Under the pieces are notes generated by a model that was given only the letters and a program-made list of their open reading frames with translations, made no database searches and was not told the origin of the DNA. This document shows positions 40,747 through 58,409 of a stretch of DNA of 64,000 nucleotides, one piece after another. The position numbers were made by a program, and so were the translations under genes. Position 1 is the stretch's first letter; every line of letters starts with the position of its first letter. The stretch comes from Octopus vulgaris (taxonomy: Eukaryota), in the NCBI GenBank assembly GCA_951406725.2, contig OX597815.1, forward strand, positions 91,264,001 to 91,328,000. The letters are read 5' to 3'.

Positions 40747-40854
40747 AACAAACAAACAAACAAACAAACAAACAAACAAACACAACATATACATGTGTAT
40801 ACATGTATTCATACACATATATAGAGAAAGGGAGACAGAGACAGACAGACTGAG

Positions 40855-41140
40855 AGGACTCCCTTCAGTCATGAATGACCATGAGATTGCACCTAGAAGT
40901 TCCCCTCTGAGGCACAAGTCTGGGTAAGGTTGTTTATGGAAGACCAGCACTTGCCCATACATACCAGCCTCCCCTCTCCACACCACTGATGTTATCCAAG
41001 GGAAAGGCAAAGGGCAATACAGCTTGGTGCCAGTGATGTTGCAACTCATTTCTGCAGCTGAGTGAACTGGAGCAAAGTGAAATAAAGTGTCTTGCTCAAG
41101 ATCACAACACACAGCTCAGTCCAGGAATTGAACTCACTAC
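40855..41140 (-). mobile_element. SINE family C
   Basis: Highly similar to 10888-11227. Followed by an RTE tail fragment at 41155-41430 (minus). Confidence 0.85.
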
Positions 41141-41824
41141 ATCATATACATGTGTCATCATCATCATCACCATCACTTAACATTAGTTTTCCATGTTGGC
41201 ATAGGTTGGACAGTCTGACAAGAGCTGGTAAGGTCAGGGGCTGCACCAGGTTCCAATTTCTGTTCTGGCATGGTTTCTATGGCTGGATGCCCTTCCCAAT
41301 GCCAACCACTTTACAGAGTGTACTGGATGGTTTTTATGGCACCAATACCAGTGCTTTTTGTGTGACACTATCATCAGTGTTTTTTATATAGTACCAGCAC
41401 CAAGAGGGTTACCAAGTATCTTGCAAGACAAAACCCCCTCAACTAGGAAGGGGGAGTAGTATTGAGGGTTGTGATTATGTGCCAGTTGAGAGATTTAAAG
41501 TATAGAATGGATAGACATAGGTGTCTTGCTGTAGAGTAAATACATAGATAATCCAGTTGGAAACCAAGGGAGAGTGAGTTGGAGAGTAAGATAAAAAAGA
41601 GTGATAGTAAGGGAGATGATGGCAGAGATATGTCAGGACATGACCCTGAGAGATATTGGGGGTGGTGAGAGTAGATGAGGTGATATAGAGGCTTGGGCTG
41701 GGTTAGTAAGCAGGATGAGGTGATTGTAGCAAATCATGGAGAGAAATATAGAAGAGGTTCTGAGGTTGGGTTGCAGTAGATATGTATATATATACATATA
41801 TGTGTGCGTTTGTGTTTATTTTTT

Positions 41825-42107
41825 TTTAACATGTTTCAGGCATAAGATTGAAGTCATGGTAGGGCAATGCCTTGAAGAATTTTAGTTGAATGAATCAACC
41901 CCAGTACTGATTTTTTTTAAAACCTGGTACTTATTCCATTGGTCTCCTGCTGAACCACTAAGTTACAAGGATGTAAACACACAGACACTGGTCGCCAAGC
42001 AGTGGTGGGGAACAAACACAGATACAAAAAAGAAACACACACACACACACACACACACATACATACATACATACACACATACATACATACATACATACAT
42101 ACATACC
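41825..42107 (-). mobile_element. SINE family A, 3' half of a split copy
   Basis: ctggtacttattc..gaaccactaagttac..aaacacaga, then CA/TACA microsatellite. The head half lies at 46420-46575. Confidence 0.75.
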
Positions 42108-42388
42108 AACATGACCGACCAGGCTACAAGATGTTGCTACACATCGCTGGTCACAAAGCGCTTAGCATTGTTTTAGCCTTCAAATGATGCCACTACACTG
42201 GCTAAGCGAGCAGGCCAATAGAAGAACGTGTGAGAGAAAGCAGGGACCGCCACCACTCCCTGCCAGGACCTCGTGGAGCTTTCAGATGTTTTCGCTCAAT
42301 AAACATTCACTATGCCTGGTCTGGGAATCGAAACCACGATCCTACGACCGCGAGTCCGCTAGCCCTAACCACTGGGCCATTGCGCCTC
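42108..42388 (-). mobile_element. SINE family D (tRNA-derived)
   Basis: Minus head gaggcgcaatggcccagtggttagg..ggtttcgattccc (box A/B). The 3' part matches 53993-54118. Confidence 0.85.
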
Positions 42389-46418
<4,030 letters not shown>

Positions 46419-46419
46419 C

Positions 46420-46575
46420 ACAACAAGCTTCTTTCAGTTTCCGTCTACCAAATCTACTTACAAGGCTTTGCTCAGCCCGAGACTATAGTAGAAGATATTT
46501 GCCTAAGGTGCAACACAATGGGACTGAACCTGGAACCATGTAGTTGGAAAGCAAACGTCTCATCACCCATATGTC
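46420..46575 (-). mobile_element. SINE family A, 5' half of the split copy
   Basis: gcttctttcagtttccgtctaccaaatc..gggactgaacctggaaccatg. Confidence 0.8.
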
Positions 46576-47793
46576 TACATATGTATGTATTTATATATCC
46601 ATAATTCTTTCACTATTTTTCATTATTTTTACTATTATTTTATTATTATTATTGCTGAAATTATATGCATTGTGTAAGGCATGGCCCTGTACATCTTTTC
46701 TTTTCTGTACCCCTACATCACACTCTCCTCTATGCTCACTAACCCACTCAGCTTCTGCTCTATTTTCCTATGATAACCTAACTGTTTTTTATTTACATGC
46801 TGGTGTATAAGAAGGCCCCCACCAATCATTATTTGCGTTGCATTTTTGCAGAGTAATACTGATGAATAGGCCAGCAGTTTTTGTTCCCATAACTGACATT
46901 TATGTTCATGTAAGTGATGTTTGCTGGCCTTATGAATCATGTACACATTATATAAAGCATCAATACCAATTATGTTTTCTGTTAGGCTCCACACACAACC
47001 CTAGAGTAATAAGAATTTTCTAACCACTTGATAGGTGTTGAGAGTGAAATGATCCACTGCACCAATGGTGTTTTGGTATGTATCACACCTTTCAGTGCAA
47101 CTTTTGAATTGCCCCATTTTACTCTGAATGAAGCTAATTAAACATTGGTATGGAGAAACAGTGTTTTGGATTACCAATGCTTTAGCAAGAATTTCTTGAG
47201 GTGATACTGCAGAAGAGCAATGCACTGATGCATCAGATGAGATGGAGAGTATTCCACTACAACACAAAGCCCACAGGCTGCTCTGATGATCCAAGGCACT
47301 CAGAATTGTACAATCTGCATATGTAGGAAGCCATACAAACCACTATTGGACTACTTCAAACAGAAATTGACAAGTTTCAAAAGGGTATCTGGAGATTTAT
47401 ATTGGGTGTGACCAGATTGGACAAACTACATGTTTCTTTTTCGGACAAAACTGGGATTTCAAATACTATGGATCCCTCTGTATACAATGGATTTATTTAC
47501 AGGGAATTATATAAGATCTGTGAACATACCACCTACAGCACCCTTATTTCCATCAATAATCACACATATACCTTAATCCATAGCTTTAAGGTAGAGGACA
47601 GAACTAAGACATACAACATATATGTGTGTGTAATGTATGTATGTGTGTACACATACACACACACATGCATACGTGGAAATATGTATGTTTGTATGTATGT
47701 ATGCATGTATGTATGTATGTATGTATGCATGCATGCATGCATGCATGAATGCATGTATGTATGTATGTATGTATGTATGTATGTATGTGTGTA

Positions 47794-47847
<54 letters not shown>

Positions 47848-48496
47848 TACATATGCAAGTGTGTGTATGTATATATAAATATCCACACACATACATATAT
47901 AAGCAAATGAACCTGCTCCACTATTCTAGAGTCATGACAATAAACATGACAACTAAATTAGGTTTGCATGCATGAGAAAATATACAAGCACTTCAACCTG
48001 CTAAATTGCACCTGTGCCTCCTGTTCCTTTTCCAAAGAGATTCCAACTAACTTTGCAAAGTTCTTCAATCATACTGCAACCAACAAGATTCTGGTTGAAG
48101 TAGATGCTGTCCAGTTTGCAACAACAAATTTTCTTTCATTGTTTCTCTCAATTCAGTATCACTGCCATGTGCACACTGTTGCCCAAAAGGAGCCCCTGAA
48201 TGGTAGTCCTGTCTGCCAGAAATAGCAGCCAAATCTCTTAAAGAGGGAAACATTTGTTGATGATATGGTCATAAGTATGATTAGCTAAGGCAGACCTGAG
48301 TTTAAACAACTACAATATCCTCAGTCACTTGAACACATGTTCTGTCAATTAACTACATAAAGACTCTCTGTCTCTCTCTCTCTCTCTCTCTCACTCGCTT
48401 GCTCTCCTCTTTCTATCTCTCAAACTATCTATCTTTCACACACACAGAGGCACACACAACTCTGCTATTTTTCTTGCTCGACATGGAAATATTTCA

Positions 48497-48858
48497 GGTT
48501 GACTATGTGATAAGAAGTTTTCTTCCCAACCAGATTGTTTGGGATTCAATCCTACTGCTAAGCCCCTTGAGAAAGTTCCTTCAACTATAAGCCTCAGGCC
48601 AACCAAAGCCTTGTGAGTGAATTTGGTAGACAGAAACTGAAAGAAGCCCATTTTGTGTGTGTGTGTGTGTGCGAGCGTGTGTGTGTTGGTGTGATTATGC
48701 CCCTGTAACTTAGCAGTCCAACAAAAGAAACAAATAGAATAAGCATCTGGCTTAAAAAAGACTAATTACTAGGCTTGATTCCTTCAACTAAAATTATTCA
48801 AGGCAGTGCCCCAGCATAGTCACAGTTTACTGACTGAGACAAGTCAAAGATAAAAGAT
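48497..48858 (+). mobile_element. SINE family A, degenerate
   Basis: ctataagcctcaggccaaccaaagccttgtgagtg..cccctgtaacttagc..gacaagtcaaagataaaag. Confidence 0.8.
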
Positions 48859-51090
48859 TTAAAAAATAAGGCAAATCTCTGGCCCAATTACACTCACCTT
48901 TATTCATGATGCAAACTTCTATATACTAACATAACTAGCATGAAATAATAACCAAATTTTCTTCTATAGCAAAGTTTCTCAAACACATTATTTAGGTGTA
49001 TGGAGGAAAACTTTTGAGGGAATAAGCTTGTAAAAGCAGTCAAACTAAAAATAATTCATGCAACCAGACAATGTTAAACAGCCTTTTGCCATGCCCATGC
49101 ACTTATAATTGTGAACTAGTGCAAGGCTACCATATGAGAATGACATACATATGTGCTTCTCTGAAACTGTAACGATAAAATTAAGAGAAATTGCTATGGG
49201 GCATCGGTACAAGTCCAAAAATTTTGCTGGAGAGAAACAGTTAATTATAACAATTCGAGTACTTGACTAGGACTTATTTTATCAATTCCAGAAGGATGAA
49301 ACACAAAGTTGATTCTAGTAGAAATTAGAACTCTTTGGAATCAAATTAAATTTTATTAATGACAAATAATACATTTCTATTACCTATCCCATCTGTAGGA
49401 TAAAAGATGAACTGTGGACAAGGATTTTTACTACAGACCAGTTGGCAGAAAAGGCACTTCCAGTGAGGCAAATCACTTTCGGGGTGGATCACATTTGTAA
49501 ATGTTTGACACACAATAAGCAACAGTTCACCAAATCCCTGTCTCTTATTTTACATATAGCTTAATTAAAGCTATACATCCATTTTATACTACATTTTTCA
49601 CACAGAGTATGCCAACACTCCTAGACATGAAAGGGTACTCTGAAAGTAAAAGCTTAAGATCCTTCTTGTGCAGTCTTAACAAAAGACAGGATGTTCACAA
49701 CTGGAAAACTTTTCATCATAAATCTGTTCAGTTAAGGTTGATATTGAACAACATCTCAAATGTAATAGAGCCATAAACAACAAGTTCATTTTCTATGAGA
49801 CAGAACAAATGGACACTTATTCTTTTACATCACAGCCAGCATTCTCCTGGACTTCAGAACTTTTGTTTTATAAATACCTAAGTCAAAACCAGAACAGTTG
49901 CTCATTGCCCTTATCAAGACTTCTGTACCAAGGGATAGGAAGTAAGGAAATTACCTTCAAACTGGAGACTTGGTCTGAATACATTCAATAGAAGGATTTC
50001 CATTTAAAGCACCCAAGTTGCCAGATGGTGTTGTTAAACTGAGCAACTAATAAATTTCCAAGAACAGGATCAATCCTTCTGACGGGTATGAACAGTTTTC
50101 ACCAACCACTCAAAACACTTACACAATGGCATTGAATCTGAAACCACATAGTTGTAAAGTGAACTTCTTAACCACATAGTCATGCTTGTACTTTAGAAAG
50201 CAATTCTGTTGACCCTGACATTAGAAAATACTATTGCATCTAGCATGGGAATTTCTTAGCTATGTTTCTTGCTAATAAGTTCCATATTGTGTAATTTTTT
50301 TTTTTTTTCAGTTAGAAGCTTATTTTCTCACAGTGTACATGCATTATCCACATACAATTTAGCCACTTCCTTCCAAATTTCACCTGCTTTCTTGAACATA
50401 GACCTCGAAAATATTCTTCACTTGGAACATAAGCACATCGCCCTTAACATCAGAAAGACATAATTACTATTATACCAAAGGGATATCAATATAATATTAC
50501 TATTATATCAAAGGGACAATTAGATTTATGAGTTAAAAAACAGCAGTTGCTGCAAACTGAACGAATACACTCTGCTTGATACCAGCAGAAAAACAACCAG
50601 AACTTACTGTGAAGACTGTAACAGTGCATCACAAATAATTAACCACTGAATACCAATCAGAATGAGTTCTGATCTTTCAGCTCGGTAGTGTTATGTCCAT
50701 CAGCTACATGGATATATAGTATATCTAGAATAGTAGCTCTGTGGATTGCACTAAGTTATTAAACCTACATGCAAGTCATTGGATTGGTTGATTAAAACAG
50801 ACTGGAAGCCACACAGCAATAGCTACAGCAACCAGAACTAAGCCTTCATACTAAGCTCTTTCCAACAATTCTTCCTCCAGAATTCTCTCCCTGCCTTAAG
50901 TCAAAGTCATTATAATAGAATCTGAAGCATTGATAGTTGCTCATGTGACGAATCATTAGTATTGAGTGATTCCCTATGAACTCTATTTGACTATATTAGA
51001 AATGTCTGCTGTCATACAGCTTCTAGCAGCAGACTGAGAACTTTCTTAGTTGTATGGGTTGGAGAATGGTCACACTACAAAGATGTAAAA

Positions 51091-51289
51091 CAAGCATGGG
51101 CAACCTTTTTTGAGAAGCTGGCTGCATGACACATGGCTCATCATCACGACTAAAAATGTTTAGATAATTTTCCATTAGGCAAGCCATTTAGAAATCATGT
51201 ATGAAATTCCTGCGAGCAGTTACAAGATAGGACATGACTGAGAAAGAAAAATTATGCAGGTAGCAATAACAAGAATTATTCATGCATAG
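51091..51289. mobile_element. hAT MITE with 8 bp target-site duplication
   Basis: atgtaaaa occurs at both 51083-51090 and 51290-51297. Left end caagcatgggcaacc; degenerate right end ttattcatgcatag. Confidence 0.65.
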
Positions 51290-51337
51290 ATGTAAAAACA
51301 TATTTGTGTGCATCTAACAAAACGCCTATGAGCGTAT

Positions 51338-51561
51338 CGAGCTGGCAGAAACGTTAGCGCGCCGGGCGAAATGCTTGGCGGTATTTCGTCTGTCGTTATG
51401 TTCTGAGTTCAAATTCCGCCGAGGTCAACTTTACCTTTCGTCCTTTCGGGGTCGATAAATAAAGTACCAGTTTCGCACTGGGGGCGATATAATCGACTCA
51501 ATCCCTTCGTCTGTCCTTGTTTGTCCCCTCTATGTTTAGCCCCTTCTGGGTAGTAAAGAAA
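51338..51561 (+). mobile_element. SINE family B, young copy
   Basis: CpG-rich: gagctggcagaaacgttagc..gagttcaaattccgccgaggtc..cctttcggggtcgataaataaagtaccag. Confidence 0.9.
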
Positions 51562-52169
51562 TATATATCTATGTGCAATATATGAAGATATAGGAACAAG
51601 GTCTGAATAAATATAAAATGTGTGCAAAAGGATATATTTATCCATAAGTACATGTTAATATATATAAGCATTAATATATATAAGCACATATAAATTTATA
51701 TAAAAGTACACTTCACTTAAAGATACATTTGATATAGATATATACGTAAATGTCGAACGATAGATATACATCAACAGAAAAGTATGTACAAGTATTATCT
51801 AAATAAATACTAGTGAGTGTAGAATCATAATGAAATGTAAAGCAGGTACACATATAATTCAAGCAGTAAAAGGGGATGGTAGGATTAGCTATGCTACGTA
51901 GAGCACTACAGATAAGTAGAGAAAGGAGAAGACAGAGATTGGAACTAAAATATGTAAGATGTTAAACTAGTTACAGTAAAGGTCAACGAAACTGTAATAT
52001 TATTTTTTTTATTCATATATTTAATGGCTAAGAAGTGTCTAAAATATCATAAATATTCTTGGTGAAAGAGAATTTGATTTAAAAGTTCGTTGAACTTTTA
52101 AACCTCATTGCATGGTTTATTAAGTTAGTTATACTGTAGGTATAACTAACATGGGTAGTGGGTAGCAAT

Positions 52170-53968
52170 TTTCTTCACTACTTCAGGGTGTGACGACCCT
52201 GCCTGACACAAGTCCCGGGCTCAACTGGCTCCAGATGACAATACTCGATATGGGCCCCTATCCAGGGTTACGGAAAGGAGACAACCTTCAAAGAAATCCG
52301 GTGTGGAGCCCCAAAGGCGGTTTAGTATTCGACTTGACACTCTTCCGGCAGCTCCTGCAACCAAGCTGGTGCCAAACATAATGCTCTGCACTCCTTTGGA
52401 CTATGTCAGTAAGGTCAAGAAAGGAATCCTGACGATTGGGCTACCCAGGATTTTCTTATTTCTAGCCGAGGCCTGTGCAAAACTGGAGAGGACACTTCAG
52501 TGCTGCTGTAAAAAGTGGCAGAAAAAACACAGGAGGTAGCAGTCATGAGTGATAAGTCCATTCAGATTGGTGTAAGATATGGGCACTACAGGTTACCTCT
52601 GATGAAGGGAGAGACCTCCGTGTCTCATTGGTTAGCTACTGCACACCTCAAGCTGGGCAGCCCCCGGTTAATAAGGTACTGACCCGCTACAGGCCGCCTG
52701 CTTCATTGGGTGGTTGGAGTTAAGAGTTTGACTTGAAAAACGGCCTGAAACCTCTGCACCAGGCAAACAACTAAAAGACAAGAACCCACCAGTCCTGCAG
52801 TTAGCAAGCTGGAATGTCAGGACCATGTGCTCTGGCATATCTGATGACCTACTCAGAGTTGAAGACACAAGAAAGACGGCCATCATTGACCGTGAACTGA
52901 AGAGGCTTAACATAGACATTGCTGGACTGCAGGAGGCAAGACTTCCCTCAAACGGCAAACTGAAAGAACAGGATTTCACCTTCTTTTGGCAGGGAAGCGA
53001 TCCAGAAGAACCTCGTCAGCATGGAGTTGGCTTTGCAGTGAGAAACTCATTACTTTCCTTAATAGAACCACCATCAGGAGACACTGAGCATATCCTCTCA
53101 CAGCGCTTCTCGACCTCTACTGGCTCAGTATATCTACTGAGCATCTATGCTCCCACTCTCTACAACTCAGAGGAGACCAAGGACCAGTTCTACAAAGATC
53201 TCAACTGTGTCATTAGAAACATACCAACCAATGAAAACATCTACCTTCTTGGGGATTTTAACGCTCGCGTGGGATCTGACCATGATTCGTGGCCCATTTG
53301 TGTTGGATACTTTGGTATTGGCAACATGAATGACAATGGTCTGAGACTACTTGAATTTTACACCATAACCTGTGCATCACCAACACATTCTTTGCCAACA
53401 AGCCATCCCACAAGGCATATTGGAAACATCCAAGATCTCACCACTAGCATCAGTTGGATCTCATCATTAAACGAAGATCCTTTCTGAATTTTATTCAACT
53501 AACCTGTAGTTACCATAGCGCGGATTGTGACACAGATCATTCACTAATAAGAAGCAAAGTGAGGATTCTGCCTAAAAATGTCCATCACTCCAAGAAAATG
53601 GGCCGACCACGCATTAACACTGCCAGAATCTTGGACCCTACACTGCGTAAATGTTTTGCTGTTTCTATCAAGGTTGCCCTCAGTAACTGCCCAACCTCCT
53701 CTGCTGAAAATAGGTGGAATTATATCAGGGAAGCTTTGTACACCACATCAATAGATACTTTCGGCATGAGAGAAAAGCAAAACACAGATTGGTTTAATGC
53801 TGGACTCTCAGAGCTGGAACCAGTTATCGAAGCAAAGCACACAGCTCTCATGCAATACAAGAGTGATTCTTCTACAAAGTCACTAGAAGAACTCAGAAAC
53901 GGAAGAAGTAAAACCCAACTCACTGCCAGACACTGTGCAAATAGGTATTGGCAGGAAATCTGTCAGAG
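52170..53968 (+). mobile_element. RTE (BovB-like) LINE 5' portion: 5' UTR, APE endonuclease and linker; RT absent
   Basis: LASWNVRTM..DIAGLQEARL..HGVGFAV..SIYAPT..LLGDFNARVG..NDNGLRLLEF..LDLII..SADCDTDHSL..DWF. Frameshift near 53360 and a stop near 53445. Ends abruptly at (TA)n. Confidence 0.93.
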
Positions 53969-53992
53969 TATACATATATATATATATATATA

Positions 53993-54118
53993 TTGGCCTG
54001 CTCACTTAGCCAGCATGGTGGCGTCATTCGTCATTCGAAGGCTAAAACAATGCGAACGCATTGTGACCAGCGATGCGTAGCAACATCTGATGGTCTGGTC
54101 GGTCACGTGATCACGTGA
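53993..54118 (+). mobile_element. SINE family D, 3' fragment
   Basis: ttggcctgctcacttagccag..gaaggctaaaacaatgc..tgtgaccagcgatg is the reverse of 42108-42220. Confidence 0.85.
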
Positions 54119-54250
54119 TATATATATATATATATATATACATATCATCATCATCATCATCGTTTAACGTCCGTTCTCCATGCTAGCATGGGTTGGATAT
54201 ATATGTATATATATATGTATATATATATACATATAGACATATATATATAT

Positions 54251-54283
<33 letters not shown>

Positions 54284-54294
54284 TATATACATAT

Positions 54295-54338
<44 letters not shown>

Positions 54339-54352
54339 TATATATATATACA

Positions 54353-54599
54353 CAATACCATGCAAAAGTCTTTGACCACTTTGAACTTTTGTAAATGTCT
54401 ACTAATTACTAAGTTATAAGTGGATGGTCTGCATAGTGTTTTTAACAGATGAAATATTGGCCCTGTTGGAGTCGTTTCCATACCTAATCATTATACGTTT
54501 CGTCTATAAAAAACGCAATGCGAAACATCCATTTATAATTTGGCAATTAGTAGAAACTTACAATAGTTTAAAATGGCCAAAGACTTTTGCACAGTACTG
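54353..54599. mobile_element. Tc1-type MITE
   Basis: 35 bp TIRs: caataccatgcaaaagtctttgaccactttgaact vs reverse complement cagtactgtgcaaaagtctttggccattttaaact. TA at the right flank. Confidence 0.8.
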
Positions 54600-56389
54600 T
54601 ATATATGATTCTTTAATGGATATTTACATTACTGAAAATGTTTATGACACATATAAGCATACCACACCATTTTACACATAATTTATATATACAGAATTAT
54701 TTTTTAGCTTTTAGATTATTCTTAAAAGTTCATATTCCTTCCTTTACTCAAACACTGTTTCCCATTTTTAACAATTGCATATCTTCATAGTTATGCACAT
54801 ATATACTTGGATATACTTGCAGATGACAGTTGTTTTTAGATGTATACAAATACATATCTTTGTGTGCATCAATGCATAATTCTCCTAGAACTTATCATCC
54901 ACATAATTAGCCTTTCTTAGAACTGATATCAGAAAATTCATACTTTTGTTCTGCTTTAATTCACTACCTTAAATATGTATATTTCTTTCACAATTTTTCA
55001 TCTTATTCCCTTATTTTTATTTTTTAATATCCTTTAGATTAATCAATTGCTTTATATGGTTATTTATTTCAAGTTTTTTTGTCTTTTTTTGTTTTTTGTA
55101 GTCCAACAGAAATAAGGAAGGCTAAACAAACTTAATAGCATTCTTTTATTACCTAAAGGTCTTTTCATTATTTTTATTTTAATGAATACTATTGTTTAGC
55201 TACCTGTATATTAACTTATTTTTGCTCCCAAACTAGCATAGACAAAACAACATTAATAATACTTAATAACATTCTGATGACATTTTACAGGTTTCTCCCT
55301 ATTTTGTGTGATTAAATAATACCTAATATTATTCTATCAGCTTAAGTTTTCCTCCTCATCTCATATAACTTTCATTACTTCAACTAAATTTTAATATCCC
55401 AATGATTAATAAATATTTTTTATAGACATTCAGCTTCTTTATTTCTTTTTCTATATTTCTTCTCAAACTAAATAAAGATACTCTAATTTAATAATATTTC
55501 TCCCACACCTAAAGTTTCCTTTTCTCCTCTAATTCAACGAATACAAATTTTAATATTTTATCCTAATTTATTTTCTTCATCTTCCCCCCTCAGCTCAACA
55601 AATATAATAATATTCATAAGAAAATTAAAGGGCCTTTTCCAATTTCATCTCATTAGCTTTTTTTTTTTGTCACTTAAACAAAACTAATCATATATAACTT
55701 CACTTCAGCCTATTATGATCACATTCTTTAAAACCTATCTTTGCTCATAAATTAAGACCAAAGATAAGGCTCTTAAAAATAATACCATGCTTTCAAAATT
55801 TACTCATTTACATGCAATCTTGTAGACATTAACAGATGAAATAATAATAATATAAGTTACACCGTTTATCTATCAACCAAACTGTTCATGCCCATTTACA
55901 TTCAAAATATATAATCATTATATTTGCCTTTAGCATTTGGCCTAATAAAGAATTTAAGTTTTAGTTTCATAACTTGATCAACCATTTTTTATTGAATCTA
56001 CCTCTTCCATCTATCTTCTTATTGTCAGCCACTTAATGTATAGATATAAGCAATTTTATGATAAATCTTTTCAAAAGGTCTGAAGATTTTGAAGTACGAA
56101 TGAAATAAATTTATAAATTTATAAACACCTCATCTCTCTCTCTCTCTCTCTCTCCCTCCCTCCCTCACTCTTTCTTTCTAGAGAGAGATTTATATGTGCA
56201 TATGGAGAGAAAGTAAGAGAAAGGGAGGGAGAGAGATAGCTCCACACACAGATATATAAAGAGAGAGAGAGAGGACATTACACAATGTTTCGTGGAATAT
56301 TTTTTTAGTAAATACATTTTTAACCTCACAGTAAACAGAAGAAATGGTGGTTTAGCTGTGTTTTATGACAAGACAAAAGTAATCAACCT

Positions 56390-56900
56390 TACTGATTTCT
56401 GTTTTTTTACCACTTTACCCATGGATGGTTATTCATTTTCCTCATCATAGTAAATGTACTAGCTTATAGCTTTTTTTATAGTATTTACAAACTTAGATAA
56501 AACTATAAATTGGTTGCTTTTATTTGCTGGACTGTGCAACCATTGGCTAAGTGAATTAATTAATAGAAGTGCTACAGAACATTAGAATAAATAGATATAT
56601 AAAGGAGAATTACTTTGAGTGTTTTTTTACAAATATGTTTAGAAATTAAACATGTGGCTCAAACACAGTACCTAGTTTTCACAAGACTAAAAATGTATGA
56701 TTTCAGTAAATACACAACTCAAATTTATACATTTATCCAAAAATATTTTGGAGCACTTCTCTAAGTAATTAATTCATATTACCTGTAATTACATTGTATG
56801 CAAATTTGAGCAGACTAATTTAGTACTATAAAGAGGTTCTATTCACTCTATGGTTAGAAAAATGAGTAATTGACCTCTGTTAAAGTGTTAAAAATGCTAA
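56390..56900. repeat. Ancient degenerate palindrome (~500 bp)
   Basis: Collinear inverted blocks: ccactttac..ttattcattttcctcatcatag / ctatggttagaaaaatgagtaa..taaagtg; tgaattaattaatagaagtgct / agcacttctctaagtaattaattca; ttgagt / actcaa. Confidence 0.65.
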
Positions 56901-57082
56901 AACTATCGAAGTCAGTCTCTTCTCTTTTTTCATTCCTTTTTTTTTTTTTGCCACTGAAGGATAAATATATGGTTTAACCATATCTGCTTTTCACAGCAAG
57001 ACTAAAAATGTGCATTTACATTATAAATTGCTCACCTTCTTTCTCTCACTATCTCTCTCTCACTCTTCCTCTATCTCACTCT

Positions 57083-57124
<42 letters not shown>

Positions 57125-57538
57125 CACACACACAAACAAACATGCACATATATATATATATATATATGTTGTGTATAATAGTAAGGATGGCAGTGGATCT
57201 CTCCTATCCTCTGAAAATGGGCATTTACATAATAAATCTCTCTTTCTCTTTCCCTCTCTCTCACTCTTTCTCTCACCCTCTCCACACACACACACACTCA
57301 CATATTTGTTGTGTATAAATAAAAGAATAGCAGTGGACTTCTCCAATCCACTGTGCTACTAGTTACACATGTAGCTAAGGAGGGCATTTAATCTTCCCAA
57401 GCTTTTCATCTCACATTCGGTATCTTTCCTCTCACCCTGTCTCCTCATCTACTATGCTGTGCTATCTGTGTAATAAGCTACAGCGTTGGACCTGTGCAAA
57501 TCATTCCCTTACTACCATCGCAATCCCTCTACCCTCTC

Positions 57539-57584
<46 letters not shown>

Positions 57585-58369
57585 ATCAAGGCAACTATGT
57601 ATAAGGGATAGCATTGGATGTATTCATACCTGATATACCTGTGGAGAAAAATCAAATGGGTCTTTATTAATTGGTATGATGTTTAGACTGCATGCTATCC
57701 CATAATAAAGCCTATTCCAAACATTGTTTCACTGACATTTATTTTAAAGAAGTATATTACAATATTTATATATAATTATACAGATGCTTGCCAATAGTCT
57801 TTTGTGCCAGAAATATTGTGCAGTTCATAGTTAGATTAATAACAGAAATAAATAGTTTTGTGTGAGAGATGGGGAAAATACTATTCTTCATAGTAGATGA
57901 TTCTTTTAATCTAGGGTTGAGCTGCAACCAAGGAACTTTGTCTTCTTAAGAACTTGTCTATTTTCATGTGCAAACATGTGCAGCACAAATAGTCACCTCA
58001 TCCACTTTTCTGTTTTTCTGGCTGTGTTAACCCATATGGTTGCTTATAAAAACCCTATGATGTGAAACATCATAGAACATTCTAAAATATAAGGTGATGT
58101 TTCTGCAGGGCTAATTGGTTGATATTCAAGCAATGTTGCCTGGTCTTGAGTGTGGTCTGATCCTAGTTATTAAACCTTTAAGGTTTCAATTCTAGGTTTT
58201 GCTGTACATATTACTTCACTCTTTCTATGCTGCCAGACAGTACTCCCTCTGCCCCAAGGCACTTGCTCATGACATCTGTCACTCTCTTTGCCATTTCCTA
58301 TCACTATGAGTAACCATCAGTCAGTCTCTCTTTCCCACCAGTACACACATTGCAATCCCCTCCCTCATG

Positions 58370-58409
<40 letters not shown>

